Shown: positions 29,214-42,400 of the stretch, in pieces | How the letters are laid out: each line of letters starts with the position of its first letter | Position numbering within the stretch: position 1 is the first letter of the stretch | Source of the DNA: an uncultured bacterium | Lineage (GTDB): Bacteria; JAGRBM01; JAHCIT01 | NCBI GenBank assembly: GCA_964621525.1 | Contig: CAZUMS010000007.1 | Span: forward strand, 2,015 to 66,014 | Reading direction: 5' to 3' | DNA: 64,000 bases | Notes under the pieces: generated by a model | Told to the model about the DNA's origin: nothing | Seen by the model: only the letters and a program-made list of their open reading frames with translations | The model's database searches: none | Position numbers and translations under genes: made by a program

Positions 29214-30755
29214 CTAGTAGAATTTCCGCCGCTTGGAAGAGGATGGGATTCCGAGCTGTTCGCGATATTTGGTGAGCGCCCGGCGGGAGATACTGATTCC
29301 CTCTTCCTTCAGCCGGTTCACGATCTCCATGTCAGTCAGCGGTTCGCCAGTCTCTTCGCCGACCATCTTCTTCAGCCGTTCCTTCACCGACTCGCTGGCG
29401 ACTGAACCGCCATAGGTCGTTGAGATGCCGGAGTTGAAAAAATACTTGAGCTCGAAGATCCCCCGCGGCGTATGAACATACTTGTTGCTCGTGACGCGGG
29501 AGACGGTTGATTCGTGCATCCCGATGTCCTCGGCGACGTCGCGGAGGATCAGCGGTTTCAGGTGTGTGATGCCGTGGTCCAGGAATTCGCGCTGGAACTT
29601 CACGATCGATTCGACGACCCGGTAAATCGTCCGCTTGCGCTGGTGAACGCTCTTGATGAGCCATTCGGCATTGCGGAGCTTGTCCCGGACGTAATCCCGC
29701 GTCGCTTTGGAGCCGCTCCCCGCCTGGTTACGGAGCAGCTTAAGGTAGTGGGGGCTCACGCGAATAGCCGGCAGATCGTCGTCGTTCAGCACGATCCGGT
29801 AACCCCCCGCCGGATCCTTTTCGATATACACGTCCGGGACGATGTACTGGTTATCGGAGGTATCCTGCCAGCTTCGCGCGGGCTCGGGCTCGAGAGTCTT
29901 CAGATAGTTAAGTGCCTCGATGATTTTCTCGGGCGTCTCCTTGAGCCGGCGGGCCAGGGGTTTCACGTTCCGTCCGTCCACGAGATCAAGATGCTTGTCG
30001 ACGATTTCCCAGGACAGGGAACCATCAAACCCCAGCACCTCGAGCTGCGCCAGCATGCATTCGCGGAGGCTCCGCGAACAGATACCCGGAGGATCGAGGA
30101 GCCTGAGCTTGCCGATGACCGATTCTACCTCGGCTGCAACGGCCCCAGTTGCTTCGGCAATCTCCTCGCTGGTGATGGGCCTCGACTCCAGCCGGCTGCC
30201 ATCCACGCTCGTGGTTTCGGCAAGGTAGCCCCGCTCATCCAGGTTCTCGATGCAGTAGGCGGCGATCAGCCGTTCCTTCTCGTCAAAGTCCCCCATCTTG
30301 ATCTGCCAGAGGAGGTGCTCCGAGAGGGTTTCCGGCCGGGAGATCGATGACTGGATAAACTCCCGGGTCTCGTCGTCCATGCCATCGGAGGAAACGTTCG
30401 GGTGGGAACGTTCAAGATTGTAGGATTCGAGGTAGCTGTCCCAGTCGAACTCGCCGACCCCCTCCCCCTCCTGACCGGTAAGCTCTTTGCCAGGGGTTTC
30501 TGGAACGTCCACAACGGCAGGAGCCTCGACAGCGTCCTCCGGAAGAGGCCGCTCCTCCATCTGCTCAAGCATCGGGTTTTCGAGGAGTTGTTCCTGGATG
30601 TGCTCGGCCAGCTCAAGCCGGTTCAGCTGCAGAAGCTTGATCGCCATCTGCAACTGGGGCGTCATCGTGAGTGTCTGGCGCTGCTGAAGGCCAACACTCA
30701 TCTGCTGTCGGGGGCCGATCGACATTTCCCAAGTAATTCCAGCTACTTGAGACAC
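29214..30755 (-). CDS. rpoN: RNA polymerase sigma-54 factor
   Basis: N-terminal Gln/Leu-rich region I, core-binding domain, C-terminal RpoN box (ARRTVTKYRE-like RRALTKYREQLGI). Confidence 0.95.
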   Translation of the reverse strand: MSQVAGITWEMSIGPRQQMSVGLQQRQTLTMTPQLQMAIKLLQLNRLELAEHIQEQLLENPMLEQMEERPLPEDAVEAPAVVDVPETPGKELTGQEGEGVGEFDWDSYLESYNLERSHPNVSSDGMDDETREFIQSSISRPETLSEHLLWQIKMGDFDEKERLIAAYCIENLDERGYLAETTSVDGSRLESRPITSEEIAEATGAVAAEVESVIGKLRLLDPPGICSRSLRECMLAQLEVLGFDGSLSWEIVDKHLDLVDGRNVKPLARRLKETPEKIIEALNYLKTLEPEPARSWQDTSDNQYIVPDVYIEKDPAGGYRIVLNDDDLPAIRVSPHYLKLLRNQAGSGSKATRDYVRDKLRNAEWLIKSVHQRKRTIYRVVESIVKFQREFLDHGITHLKPLILRDVAEDIGMHESTVSRVTSNKYVHTPRGIFELKYFFNSGISTTYGGSVASESVKERLKKMVGEETGEPLTDMEIVNRLKEEGISISRRALTKYREQLGIPSSSKRRKFY

Positions 30756-30879
30756 TTAAGCAGCCGGATGATCCTTCTCTTGCGAAAATTATACCAATCG
30801 CAACGAGAACGGTCTAGAGAGTCATATGCAAAAACCGGGGATAACCGGATAACCCTCTGGGATTACTGGGCTATTTTAT

Positions 30880-32556
<1,677 letters not shown>

Positions 32557-32599
32557 TCAACCAGAACGGGGGCAAGAATTCACCGGAACGGAAAACCGG

Positions 32600-35500
32600 T
32601 CAGGGAGGTGGCAGGGTTGTGAACTCGAAGTCGCGGATTTCACCGTTATCCGCGCCAACCGAGTACTGGTGCACCGATCCGGCCGGGATCGACGGCGGAG
32701 TCGTCCGGCTCCAGACCGGGGTCTGGAGATTGATGAGCGTCAGGTTATTGCCCGAGCTGTCCCGCTCGCTGCTCGGCACTACCAGCCAGCCGGGACCGAC
32801 GATGGTAGCCCGGGGCGACGATGCCGGCGCATCAATGGTCGCCACTTTGACCGGGCTGCTGAAGGTAACGTCAGTTCCGCCCACGGGGGCCACCGTGTAC
32901 TGGGACGTATCCAGCACATAGATCCGCTTGAACGGAGTGACTGTCCGGTTCACCAGAACGAAGGCAGCGGAACCGTGCGTCCGTATTTCGATAACAGTAC
33001 CGCCGCCGCCCGTCTCCAGATTGAGCGGGAACGTCTTGGGCGTAAGCACGGAGGCATCCTTGGGCCGGCAGACCGATTCGGCACATCCGCCACCAGAGCG
33101 CCAGCGCCAGAACTGGGTCAGGTCGATGGTCGATACCTTCAGTGTGGCGCCAGTCGTACCGGCTGCGAACGCCCGGTCGCCTTCGATCCTGAGTGCTTCA
33201 ACGGAACGCGGATAGGCGTCATTGCCCGACCCGCGTTCGACTGTGCGGCTGTTGCCCGCCTGGAAGTTCACCTGGCAGTTGGCATTAAAATCCGCTGCGC
33301 TCAGATTGTCGAGATTCAGCCAGAACAGGCGCGCGGCATCCACGCTGCCGGCCGAGTAACCAACCAGCAGCAGATTGTCTCGGATCGCAAACGACTGCGG
33401 CAGTGCGCCTGTGATCGGATCAGTAACGATTTCAATCTGCTTTACGTTAACACAATGGCTGCCGTCGGCGATTGGAGTAACCAGGTTCACTTCTGCCCCG
33501 GTGTTCAAGTCATGCGCGACGATCCGGTACTGGGACAGCTGGATCTGGGCAATCGAATAGACCCGTTCTCTGCCCTCATCGACTATCACCGAATGGATAC
33601 CGTAACCATCGGCATCCGCCGACGTATCGGTGCTTAGGCCGTTCACGCCCGGGAGGTCCGCATTCTGGTCCAGCTCTGCATCCACCTGCGGATCAATCAC
33701 ATTGAGATCGTGACGGCCGGTGACGCCAGGATCCTCGCTCACGAACAGCACGCTCTCGCCAACGGAGGTCCCGTAGTAGAACGACTTCTCGATTCGGTCG
33801 AGGCGCTGGATGGCTCCTGTCGGCGAATACCCGGTGTTGATCCGGACACTCTGTTCGCCCGTCACGTTGTCGGTATCCACAGCCCTTGCGACGTAGAGGG
33901 GCGGCGCAATCTCAGTGAAATCACGCTGCTCGGCAACCGCAATGGCATTCGCGGCCGGCATCGTGACGAAAATCCGCTGCCGTGCGTCGGTCTCCGCCAG
34001 ATCATACGCGATGCGGGTCCAGACGCCACGGGCATCGCCCGCGAACAGGTTCGGGTAGGCTTCGGTCGCCTCGAATGGAATTTCGTTATAGGTGAGCGGC
34101 GGATACGGCGAAGCCTGGAGCCAGGGTTTATTGGCGTGTCCGGCATCCGGAGCCTGCCGTTCGTGACGGAACTGGAGGAGCTGGCTCGTGGTCGAATTGA
34201 ACAGGAAGCCCAGCTTGTCAGTGGCCGCAATAACCGTGGCGCCGCCATTCTGGTTGGCCGGCGGACCGCCGAGGTTAAAGACATTCTCCGCCTCGGCGAG
34301 AACATTCTGTCCCTGCATTTCGGCGCAGAGCGTCTCCTGGCTCACAGAAGGCGGGCCGCTGTCGGCGATACCGTCGTAGACCCGCAAGCAGCCGAGGTCG
34401 TCCGTCTGCAGCGTGTTGTTGTTTCCGGGGTCGAACAGATTCAGCATCGCCACCGTCGTCGGCGTCGTATCGGTACCGGCGTTCTTGAAGCCGTTGGAAA
34501 TCGAGATCATCAGCGTAAACCGGTCGTCGCGGTCGTTGATATCGGAGCCCGTTGTGTCCCGGTCGTCACGCACCGAGACCGCGTGAGCGAGGGCGCGGAC
34601 AATGCCTCCGCCCAGGGTTGCGGTGCGGGCCGACTGCGTACGGGTGAGCGTGATGCCGGCGGGGAGTCCCGAAGCGTTGAAACTGCCGTTCATGTCCACG
34701 ACGTTCATGCTGTCCATGATGCGGAACTGGGTAATCGTGCCCGGCGGAAGCCCGTCACATCCGTCTGCCCGGATCGTGAACCGGATGGGGTCGCTGGCAT
34801 GCAGGCCGACCACGGTATACCGGTATACGCGGGAACCGCCGCCCGAGGTCTTGAGCAGCAGGACGTCCTGCGGCTGAATACGGTCATCGGCGGTCGCCCG
34901 GATACCGTCGGTACCGTACAGCCCGCCCCCGGGGAGTCCTGCGACGGCCACATCGACGTCCACCGGAACCGTGACGATATCGTCTTCCTCGCGCTGGTCC
35001 GGGGTCGTATTTGGCGAACCTGTCACGCGGCCGTTCGGATCCAGCACACACTGGTGGTTGCTGTAGCCCTGACCTGACCCCGTACCCGTCAGGATACCGT
35101 CGAATGAAATCGTAAGGCCCAGCCCCGGCCGGCTGGAAGGCAGGGGAAGTCCCGAGCGGGACAGGTCGGGCCGGACATCAACCGGGTAGACGCTCTGCGG
35201 CCGGTCATTGAGGGCATCGGCACTGGGATCGTTCGTCGTCGCCCGCACCGTCAGAAAGCCGATATCCCGCCGCACCCGGCCTTCGAGCGAATAAGGTACC
35301 TGGGGCTTCTCGAACCGGAACGGTTGCCAGAACCGGAGAGGCCGGTTCGAGTAGCGGTAAACATTTTCGTATGCACCGCCCGGCTGGAACTCGGCATACG
35401 TCAGCGTGAACTGATCGGACAGGAAATCTCCCGGAAGGTTCGTCTGCCGGCCCAGGATCATCGTGATACCGGTGTTCCGGTTCGGGTCCGGGACTGGAAC

Positions 35501-38500
35501 ACTGACGGAATCCGCGCCTGGAGCTCCGGCACAGCTGCCGGACTGGGCGGCGATGTAATTATCCGGAATCGTGTCCCCATTGGTATCGAAACAGACGCTC
35601 GACTGGAGCGCCGAATAGGAGCTCGTATAGGGATCAAAATCCGTGTCGATTTCACAGAGCACCCATTCCCGGCTTCCGGGCACCTCGGGCTCCTGACAGA
35701 GCGCCGTCGTGTACCCGTAACAGGGACTCCCGCCGCAGGCCGTGTTCCCCTGGAACGGGAATCGGATCTCCTCATCGTCGGTCCACTCGTCACCGTCCGT
35801 TTCATCGGATTCAGGATCGGGAGTCAGGGAAAACACGGAGAGTCCGCCGTGGGTAGGACCGCCAGTATTGGGGTCCGATTCCACCACCGCGTAAAGATAG
35901 GCCTCGTCGTCCATGTCCCGGTCGCCATCACCGTCGCTGTCCTGATGGTCTACGACGAGCTGTGTGGCACCTGCAAAGGAGAGCGTCGCCGAATAATCCG
36001 TTTCCCGCAGGGCCAGCAGCGGAATCACGCCCGAGGGCTGAGGAGTGCCGGTTGTCGCGACACTCGTGTCCGGACGGTCGAAATGGAGCTGGTTGTCGAA
36101 GTCGAGGCTGAGGTTGAAGACGTACAGGACGTTGTAGATCGGGTCCGAAACGAACACCCGTCCCATCGTGACACCGTCGATACCGCCGTCCGGAGCGAAG
36201 ACCGCGGCATAACGCGGCGACACCGGAATCGTGACACCCGAAGACTGGCGGCCCTGGCACGGCGCGGTGAACACCGGCGGCGCGTTCGGATCAAGGGCGC
36301 TTTCACAGGACGGACCACGGTCGGGATAAGGTACACGGATCCGGGTGATGCCGGGCTCGGCCCGGAGACTGGTCGTAAATTGGTCGTTATCCCCATCGAT
36401 TTCCCGGTACCGGGATACGATCCGGAACTCGACCCCCGGCACCGATACCTGCACTGGATTCAAGGTACCGTTCAGTACCAGCCGGTTCGAAGCGCCGGGG
36501 ACACCCTCCACCGCCGTGATGACCCGCCGGGTTTCGAGCGGAGATCCGGGACGTACGATCAGCACGTCGCCGGCCGATACCGAGCAGTCGTTGCTCGCAT
36601 CCGCCGTGAAATCCCCGAGGTCGATGCCGCGATTGCAGTCGTAATTGCGCTCGACGAGGAAATCGGAGGAGAGCGACTCCACAACGTTGTTGGTCGTGCC
36701 GCCCACAAGGTTCAGGTCGTTGCCCTGCACAAGCACTTCCTCGGCGATCCGGATAACGGAGAGATCGCCGCTGCCCGAGTTCACGACGACGGCGCGGTCC
36801 ATGAGCGGCTGCCCGTCCTCTCCGAATGCTCCCGGATCGGAACTGAAGAAGGCGATTCCGAGCGGCTTCAGGCCGCTGGATCGGATGGTCTGAAGACCGA
36901 AAGTCTGGTCCGTATCCACGCTGGCGACTTCCGGCGTCGCAGTGCTGTAATCGATACCGATCCGGTCAAGCTGCGAAAGCGTCCGGTTCGAGACGTAGCC
37001 GACATCAAAACGGCTCGTGTAACTCACCAGTTTCGAAACGGAAGCTTCCCCGGTGCAACCAACGTCATCATAGACCGTCAGTGCGATCTGTCCGGTTTCC
37101 GGGGGCGGCGTGAGCGTCAGTTCGAAGCGGCCCTGATTCACGTCGCCGGTATTCGTGAGTCCGACGCCACCGGTAATCCCGTTCGAGATATTCACGCAAT
37201 TCGTAATGCCCGCCCCGTCGTCGGCCTTGACCGAATAGCGCGTGTTGCTGACGCCGCTTCCGAAGGGCGACGGGTCATCCGGAGATTTCACCACCGAGCC
37301 CAGGGCGCCCCGGACAATAAAGCTGCTGACAATGGTGCCGTCAGAACCGGCGGAAAGGTTGTTCTCGATCGGGTGGAAGATCTCGACCCGGGCGATATTC
37401 ACCGGCGGGGGCGGACGGTTCAGGAGACCCAGGGCGAACCGGAAATCAACGAAGGTCGAAGGCCGCGCCGTGATAGCCGCCCGCACGGTAAGGACTCCCG
37501 CCGAGGCGCTTCCGGTGAATAGTAAATCCTGTGATGCCGCACCCGACGCGGTCGTTATCGCCCGCTGGTTCGGAGGAACTTGCTGATCGACCGGACACAG
37601 GCTCGGATCTCCGCCCGAAAGGTCGACAGACGGGAGCGTCGCAAACCCGCTGGACTGCACCGCATAGGTGACGCAAACCGGTGCTTCGGCCGAATCCGGG
37701 GCCGGACGTCCCCACTGGTCGCGGACCATGACGCCCATGGCGTACGGGCCGAGATCGTTCGTGAGATCGGCCTCGCGGTCAGCCTGCGTGACTTCGCTCG
37801 TGTACTCGATCGTCGTTCCGGCAGGACGCTCGGCCCGGACCCGGAACGTCACACCCGTTTCCGGAACCACCGGGACGGCATTGGTGAATGTCCCAGGCAC
37901 CGGATTGGTCGTCGAAGTCGCGCGGACCACGTACTCGCCGCTGACGACGGAAGCACTGGCCGACCCGCCCGTAGTGATGTTCGCCCGGACCGCGGGACTG
38001 CCAGTGCACAGCAGCGTCGTGCCGGGGCTTCCGCACGAGGAACCCGAACCCTGCGACAGTTGGGGCAGCGTGAGGCCGCCGACCGCTTCCCCCGGCGAGT
38101 TCTGGTACTGAATGCTGATGGTCGATGATACCGGCACGCCATAACGGTCGATGATGTTCACGGTGAGCGGTGCAGCTTCCGGCGTCTCGGCCGCGAAGTT
38201 GCTCGCACAGGTCGTGTTGAACGGACAGATCTGCCCCGAACCGGAAACGATCTGAATGACGCCCTGGTCCGCATCGGCCACCGGCAGCACGAACTGGGTG
38301 GCGGTCGTCGGGATGAACTCGGCCCCGAAGACGTTCGTCACGATCGCCTCGACGACCACCTCGCCGGAAGCACAAGTATCCAGCGGTGTGACCCGCACCT
38401 GCGTACGCCCGGCTCCGTCAATCGGCAGCGTCAGATCAAAGTCGGTATCGTTCAGCAGCGCAGGACAGTTGCCCACGATATCCACCCGGAAAGTGACGTA

Positions 38501-39469
38501 AGGCGCCGTCAGGGGATCGGCGGTGTACGACGTCGCCGGTTGCTGCGCCACAAGGTCGTAGACGAAGGTTTCGAGCGGAACGCCGAGTTCGATGAGCGGG
38601 AATCCCGCCTGCCCGTTTCCGCCGAGCGCCGTGATATCCAGCGAACCGCGGGCGAACGTGTACGAGTTCTGAGCCGTCAGCTCCTCCGGAGTCGCCTGCA
38701 GCACCGTACCAGCGTCCGGCCCATCGTTATCGACGATAAGCACCTGGACGGCCGCAGTGACCTGGAACTCGCCGGGCGGCAGTTCCCCGTTTGCATTCGG
38801 AGTCAGGATCTGGATCTGGGTATCGCTAATCGAGATGAATCCCATGCCGTCGGGAGCGCAGTCGACCGAGGCCGGCGTCATCCCGAACGGAACGTCGCAT
38901 TCCAGCCGCACTGCCGGACCGGAAGGCTGCGGGAAGATAAAGGCAACACGCAGGATCTGGCCCGCCTCAACCTCGAAACCGCCGCCAGCGATCGTCACCG
39001 GGTCGGCTCCGAAGGTATCTCCGCTCGACGGATTGATTGCTCCCGCCGACAGCAGCGCAAGTCCCTCCCCGAGGTTGATCTCCCCAAGGATCGCCTTTTC
39101 GATAATCAGCACGTCGCCGAGGGTGATATCACCCGCGTCGTTTGCGGCATTGTCATCGCCGCCCAGGAATCTCGTGGCAAGATCCGGGTAACGCACTTCC
39201 CCCGGCAAACAGGTAATGCAGGGAGCAAGCGGGAACACGTTCGCGGAGTTCAGCTCCGCCACCGTCGGTTCCACTCCCCGTAACGCGAAGGAGCGGATTA
39301 GCAGCAGGTCGCCGAGGGTAATCAGCCCGTCGGGGTTGCCTCGTGGATAGATGTCGCCGAACCGGCCTGCGGCACGGGCGTCGCCTGCTACCAAGGTCAC
39401 GGCAAACAGCGCCGCCGCGAGCCACGCTCGCGGCCGGGACCGCCCTGGTGCCGTCAGAAAGCTTTTCAT
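32600..39469 (-). CDS. Giant (2289 aa) secreted protein of unknown function with duplicated dockerin-like N-terminal motif and YVTN-type beta-propeller-like strands
   Basis: Uninterrupted 6.87-kb ORF with coding-like codon usage; signal peptide MKSFLTAPGRSRPRAWLAAALFAVTLVAGDARAA; duplicated motif GLITLGDLLLIRSFAL / GDITLGDVLIIEKAIL; segments such as VGYVSNRTLSQLDRIGIDYS and AVVVNSGSGDLSVIRI; Gly/Thr/Asp/Pro-rich. Confidence 0.8.
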   Translation of the reverse strand: MKSFLTAPGRSRPRAWLAAALFAVTLVAGDARAAGRFGDIYPRGNPDGLITLGDLLLIRSFALRGVEPTVAELNSANVFPLAPCITCLPGEVRYPDLATRFLGGDDNAANDAGDITLGDVLIIEKAILGEINLGEGLALLSAGAINPSSGDTFGADPVTIAGGGFEVEAGQILRVAFIFPQPSGPAVRLECDVPFGMTPASVDCAPDGMGFISISDTQIQILTPNANGELPPGEFQVTAAVQVLIVDNDGPDAGTVLQATPEELTAQNSYTFARGSLDITALGGNGQAGFPLIELGVPLETFVYDLVAQQPATSYTADPLTAPYVTFRVDIVGNCPALLNDTDFDLTLPIDGAGRTQVRVTPLDTCASGEVVVEAIVTNVFGAEFIPTTATQFVLPVADADQGVIQIVSGSGQICPFNTTCASNFAAETPEAAPLTVNIIDRYGVPVSSTISIQYQNSPGEAVGGLTLPQLSQGSGSSCGSPGTTLLCTGSPAVRANITTGGSASASVVSGEYVVRATSTTNPVPGTFTNAVPVVPETGVTFRVRAERPAGTTIEYTSEVTQADREADLTNDLGPYAMGVMVRDQWGRPAPDSAEAPVCVTYAVQSSGFATLPSVDLSGGDPSLCPVDQQVPPNQRAITTASGAASQDLLFTGSASAGVLTVRAAITARPSTFVDFRFALGLLNRPPPPVNIARVEIFHPIENNLSAGSDGTIVSSFIVRGALGSVVKSPDDPSPFGSGVSNTRYSVKADDGAGITNCVNISNGITGGVGLTNTGDVNQGRFELTLTPPPETGQIALTVYDDVGCTGEASVSKLVSYTSRFDVGYVSNRTLSQLDRIGIDYSTATPEVASVDTDQTFGLQTIRSSGLKPLGIAFFSSDPGAFGEDGQPLMDRAVVVNSGSGDLSVIRIAEEVLVQGNDLNLVGGTTNNVVESLSSDFLVERNYDCNRGIDLGDFTADASNDCSVSAGDVLIVRPGSPLETRRVITAVEGVPGASNRLVLNGTLNPVQVSVPGVEFRIVSRYREIDGDNDQFTTSLRAEPGITRIRVPYPDRGPSCESALDPNAPPVFTAPCQGRQSSGVTIPVSPRYAAVFAPDGGIDGVTMGRVFVSDPIYNVLYVFNLSLDFDNQLHFDRPDTSVATTGTPQPSGVIPLLALRETDYSATLSFAGATQLVVDHQDSDGDGDRDMDDEAYLYAVVESDPNTGGPTHGGLSVFSLTPDPESDETDGDEWTDDEEIRFPFQGNTACGGSPCYGYTTALCQEPEVPGSREWVLCEIDTDFDPYTSSYSALQSSVCFDTNGDTIPDNYIAAQSGSCAGAPGADSVSVPVPDPNRNTGITMILGRQTNLPGDFLSDQFTLTYAEFQPGGAYENVYRYSNRPLRFWQPFRFEKPQVPYSLEGRVRRDIGFLTVRATTNDPSADALNDRPQSVYPVDVRPDLSRSGLPLPSSRPGLGLTISFDGILTGTGSGQGYSNHQCVLDPNGRVTGSPNTTPDQREEDDIVTVPVDVDVAVAGLPGGGLYGTDGIRATADDRIQPQDVLLLKTSGGGSRVYRYTVVGLHASDPIRFTIRADGCDGLPPGTITQFRIMDSMNVVDMNGSFNASGLPAGITLTRTQSARTATLGGGIVRALAHAVSVRDDRDTTGSDINDRDDRFTLMISISNGFKNAGTDTTPTTVAMLNLFDPGNNNTLQTDDLGCLRVYDGIADSGPPSVSQETLCAEMQGQNVLAEAENVFNLGGPPANQNGGATVIAATDKLGFLFNSTTSQLLQFRHERQAPDAGHANKPWLQASPYPPLTYNEIPFEATEAYPNLFAGDARGVWTRIAYDLAETDARQRIFVTMPAANAIAVAEQRDFTEIAPPLYVARAVDTDNVTGEQSVRINTGYSPTGAIQRLDRIEKSFYYGTSVGESVLFVSEDPGVTGRHDLNVIDPQVDAELDQNADLPGVNGLSTDTSADADGYGIHSVIVDEGRERVYSIAQIQLSQYRIVAHDLNTGAEVNLVTPIADGSHCVNVKQIEIVTDPITGALPQSFAIRDNLLLVGYSAGSVDAARLFWLNLDNLSAADFNANCQVNFQAGNSRTVERGSGNDAYPRSVEALRIEGDRAFAAGTTGATLKVSTIDLTQFWRWRSGGGCAESVCRPKDASVLTPKTFPLNLETGGGGTVIEIRTHGSAAFVLVNRTVTPFKRIYVLDTSQYTVAPVGGTDVTFSSPVKVATIDAPASSPRATIVGPGWLVVPSSERDSSGNNLTLINLQTPVWSRTTPPSIPAGSVHQYSVGADNGEIRDFEFTTLPPP

Positions 39470-39493
39470 CGCTCTGATCTCCTAACGGCCTTC

Positions 39494-42400
39494 TCAGGGT
39501 TGTCCGTAGTTCTTGTTGGAATGAACCGCCGTCGGCGGGTCGAACTTCAGCGGGGCATCTTGGATATCGGCTGCGGTAACGTATCGCTGGATTGACGAGT
39601 TCGCCGCCCCAGGAACAACCTGTGTAATTTCTCCGATACCAGGATCATAAGGGAGCCGGGTCGCCAGCGTATCACAGGGCCCTTCCGAGCAACGCTCCTT
39701 AATCGTAAAGCGCGTGCGGATCACTTCACGTGAACCCGGGCTTCCCGCCGGGAATATATAGGCATTGGAACCCGTCGACTGAAGGATTCGCACTCGATCA
39801 CTACCGGACTGCACAATCAAGTTATCCAAGAGTACGCCGAGTGGAGCCAGAAAGTCCTGGCCCGTGGGCGAAGCCGGATCGGTGGCGCTGTAAATTAGAT
39901 GGCCGTCGTTGAATTCAAAGACCAGCGTGAAACCGGCGAAATCCACCTGGCTCGAACCGGAAGTCCGGGTCATGGGGAACTGGTAGTTCACCTCGCGGCG
40001 CACGCTCTTCACGTTCACCGAGCCGCTCGTCTGACAAAGCGGCTGCTTGGCCACCGGGCAACCGTTCAGGGATGCAGTGACTGTGGTCGTCGCCGAGGAC
40101 GACGGCGCCAGCGCAGGATTACCGTCCGAGACGACGCAGGCCCGTCCCTGGAAGGTTGAGCCCACAAGGTCGGTGGCAACCGGCCCGCTCACCAGCGTGG
40201 TCTGGCAGGCGAACAGGGGATTGGCGCTCGGATTACCGCCGTTGTGACGATAGAGACTGCCGGTCGCACCCGAAAGGCTGAAATCGATGGGTGAGGTGGA
40301 ACCGGTATTGATATTGCCGCCGTTCAGCTTCTGGACCTTCACCACCGCCACCCGCGAGAAGAAACCGAGGTTACGGTAATCGGTATTCGCGCCGGCCGAA
40401 GTAATGCCGTATTCGGTGGCGAATGCCGCATTCGTTGCCGCGTGACGGGTGTAGATCGGGTCCGATGTCGGCACGCCGGAATTCAGGACTTCCGGATTCA
40501 CAAACTCGATTGTCACCCGGCCGGGCAGTTCGCCGTCCGGGGCAAGGTTAAATGTCACTTCGGACTGGACCAGCGTCACAGGATCGAGCTGCGGGCTTCC
40601 GGAGGTGGTCTCCTGCAGGCGCACGATCATCGCACCGGTCTGCGAAGCCGCACGGCTCGAGCTCCGGGCACGGACGTAAACAGCGGCAATACCGTCGACG
40701 ATGGGTTCGGTCACGTTGGCAATCGAGAAGTTGGTCGTTGCCAGACTGGGCGGACTACCCGTCGAATTGAAGATCGGGTTCATTCCCGACGTGACCACCG
40801 ACCCCTTGCCGAACTGAAGTTCGACGCCGTTGGATTCGCCGGAATCGCCATCGGCATCCGTTTCAACACCGTCCGCCGAACCGGCCGGATCGTCCACCGT
40901 TCCCGAAGAACGTCCCTTATCGATGAACCGGAGTGTGTAACCGGCATCGTTCGGCACCTGATAGGTAATCTCCGGATTCCCGCCGCCCGGGCACATGATC
41001 TGCCCGTCGACTGCCTGGCCGAAGTAAAGCTGACCGAAGGTCCGGACGCTGCACTCGTAATACATGCAGTCGCCGCCGTTCGGGAACGAACCCGATGCCC
41101 GGTTGTTGTTCGCCTCGATGGTCCGGCTGCTGCTGTTCTGGAGGCAGGCGGCAGGACTCGCAAAGGCCGGGACCTTGCGAGTGCAGGTCACTGCCACCGG
41201 CGACAAACAGCTGGGATTTACAACGACCGACTGGCTGTCCGACGGCAGGCCCACTGTCGAGGCGGACACCGGCGTTACCGACATGTTGATCCGGTAGGGA
41301 TTCGCCGGCGACGTGGCAACGAGCGGCGGCATCAGGAAGGCAAAACCGGTTTCGTTGTCGTCGAGATCGAGCGGCATCCAGCCTGCGGCGACCTCGTTCG
41401 TAATCGATAGATTGTCCTGACCGGCCGTCTGGACCGATGAGTTGTGATAAGCGCCCGAACCCCGGACTACATAGGGAGGCTGCGTCTGTTGCCCGGTATA
41501 CGTCATGCTGACGGCAACCTGTGTATCCTGGAACGTCGCATCTTCCTTGAGCTGGAAACAGTCGTCGTACGCGCCGAGATCGTTGACCGACCGGCAGGTG
41601 GACGGAAGGAGCTGAAGACGGAGCGGGATACGTGGAATATTGGTAATCCCTTCGCCGATCCGGTTGGAACAGATGTCTGCGGGAGTGCCGCGGAAAATGC
41701 CGAAGTCTCCACAGCGGGTATTCACCTCCGTCGAACAGGCCGACGAGTTGAATGCTCCACCCTCTGCAAAGCACTGGGGGGCATAGAGAATCGGCTTTTC
41801 CGGACACTGGGCGATCTTGAGCCCGGCGGTGTTCACGCCCGGCGTCACCGTACAACCACCAAGCGGCGTACTCGCGGCGGTCGGGTCCACCCACTTCACA
41901 ATGAAGGGGAGTGCCGGGTCCGGTCGCAGACGCAGACGGTTTTCCTCGCCGGCAACGCTCTTGCCGATGAAGTTCCGGGTTCCCCAGCCGCCCGCGTCCA
42001 CCGGCGCGAGAGCGGCCTGGCTGCCATAACGGCGGGTGGCCGGCGGCGTCGCCACCACGGGGCCGGCGGTGCTGAACTTGAGCTGCGGGAAGATCTTGGT
42101 AAAGCCCGCGCCGGAACGTACCTTGACCGAATTCCGCGTGACGCGGAGGAATACCGAGTTCACGCACGAATCGGCTGTACCAGAATCGCCGCAGGAAACC
42201 AGAATGCTGGGCGTCTTGGCGCCGTTGGCCGTCGAGCTGAAACCGCAATCGCTGGCGTTCAGAACGATCGAACTGTCGTTCGGATCAAGCGCGTTTTCGC
42301 AACTCACCTGGATCTGTGTGCCTTCCCGGAGGCAAACGACATTGCCGACACCGGGTGCATAAGCGTTGCAAGGCGCGTTCTGGGCATCTTCGTCGGCCGA

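Noticed and set aside
33710-37522. 455-aa and 732-aa plus-strand ORFs antisense to the 2289-aa gene, plus many smaller ones
   Set aside because: Arg/Asp/Gly/Val-rich low-complexity products. The sense strand carries the signal peptide and a continuous 6.9-kb frame.
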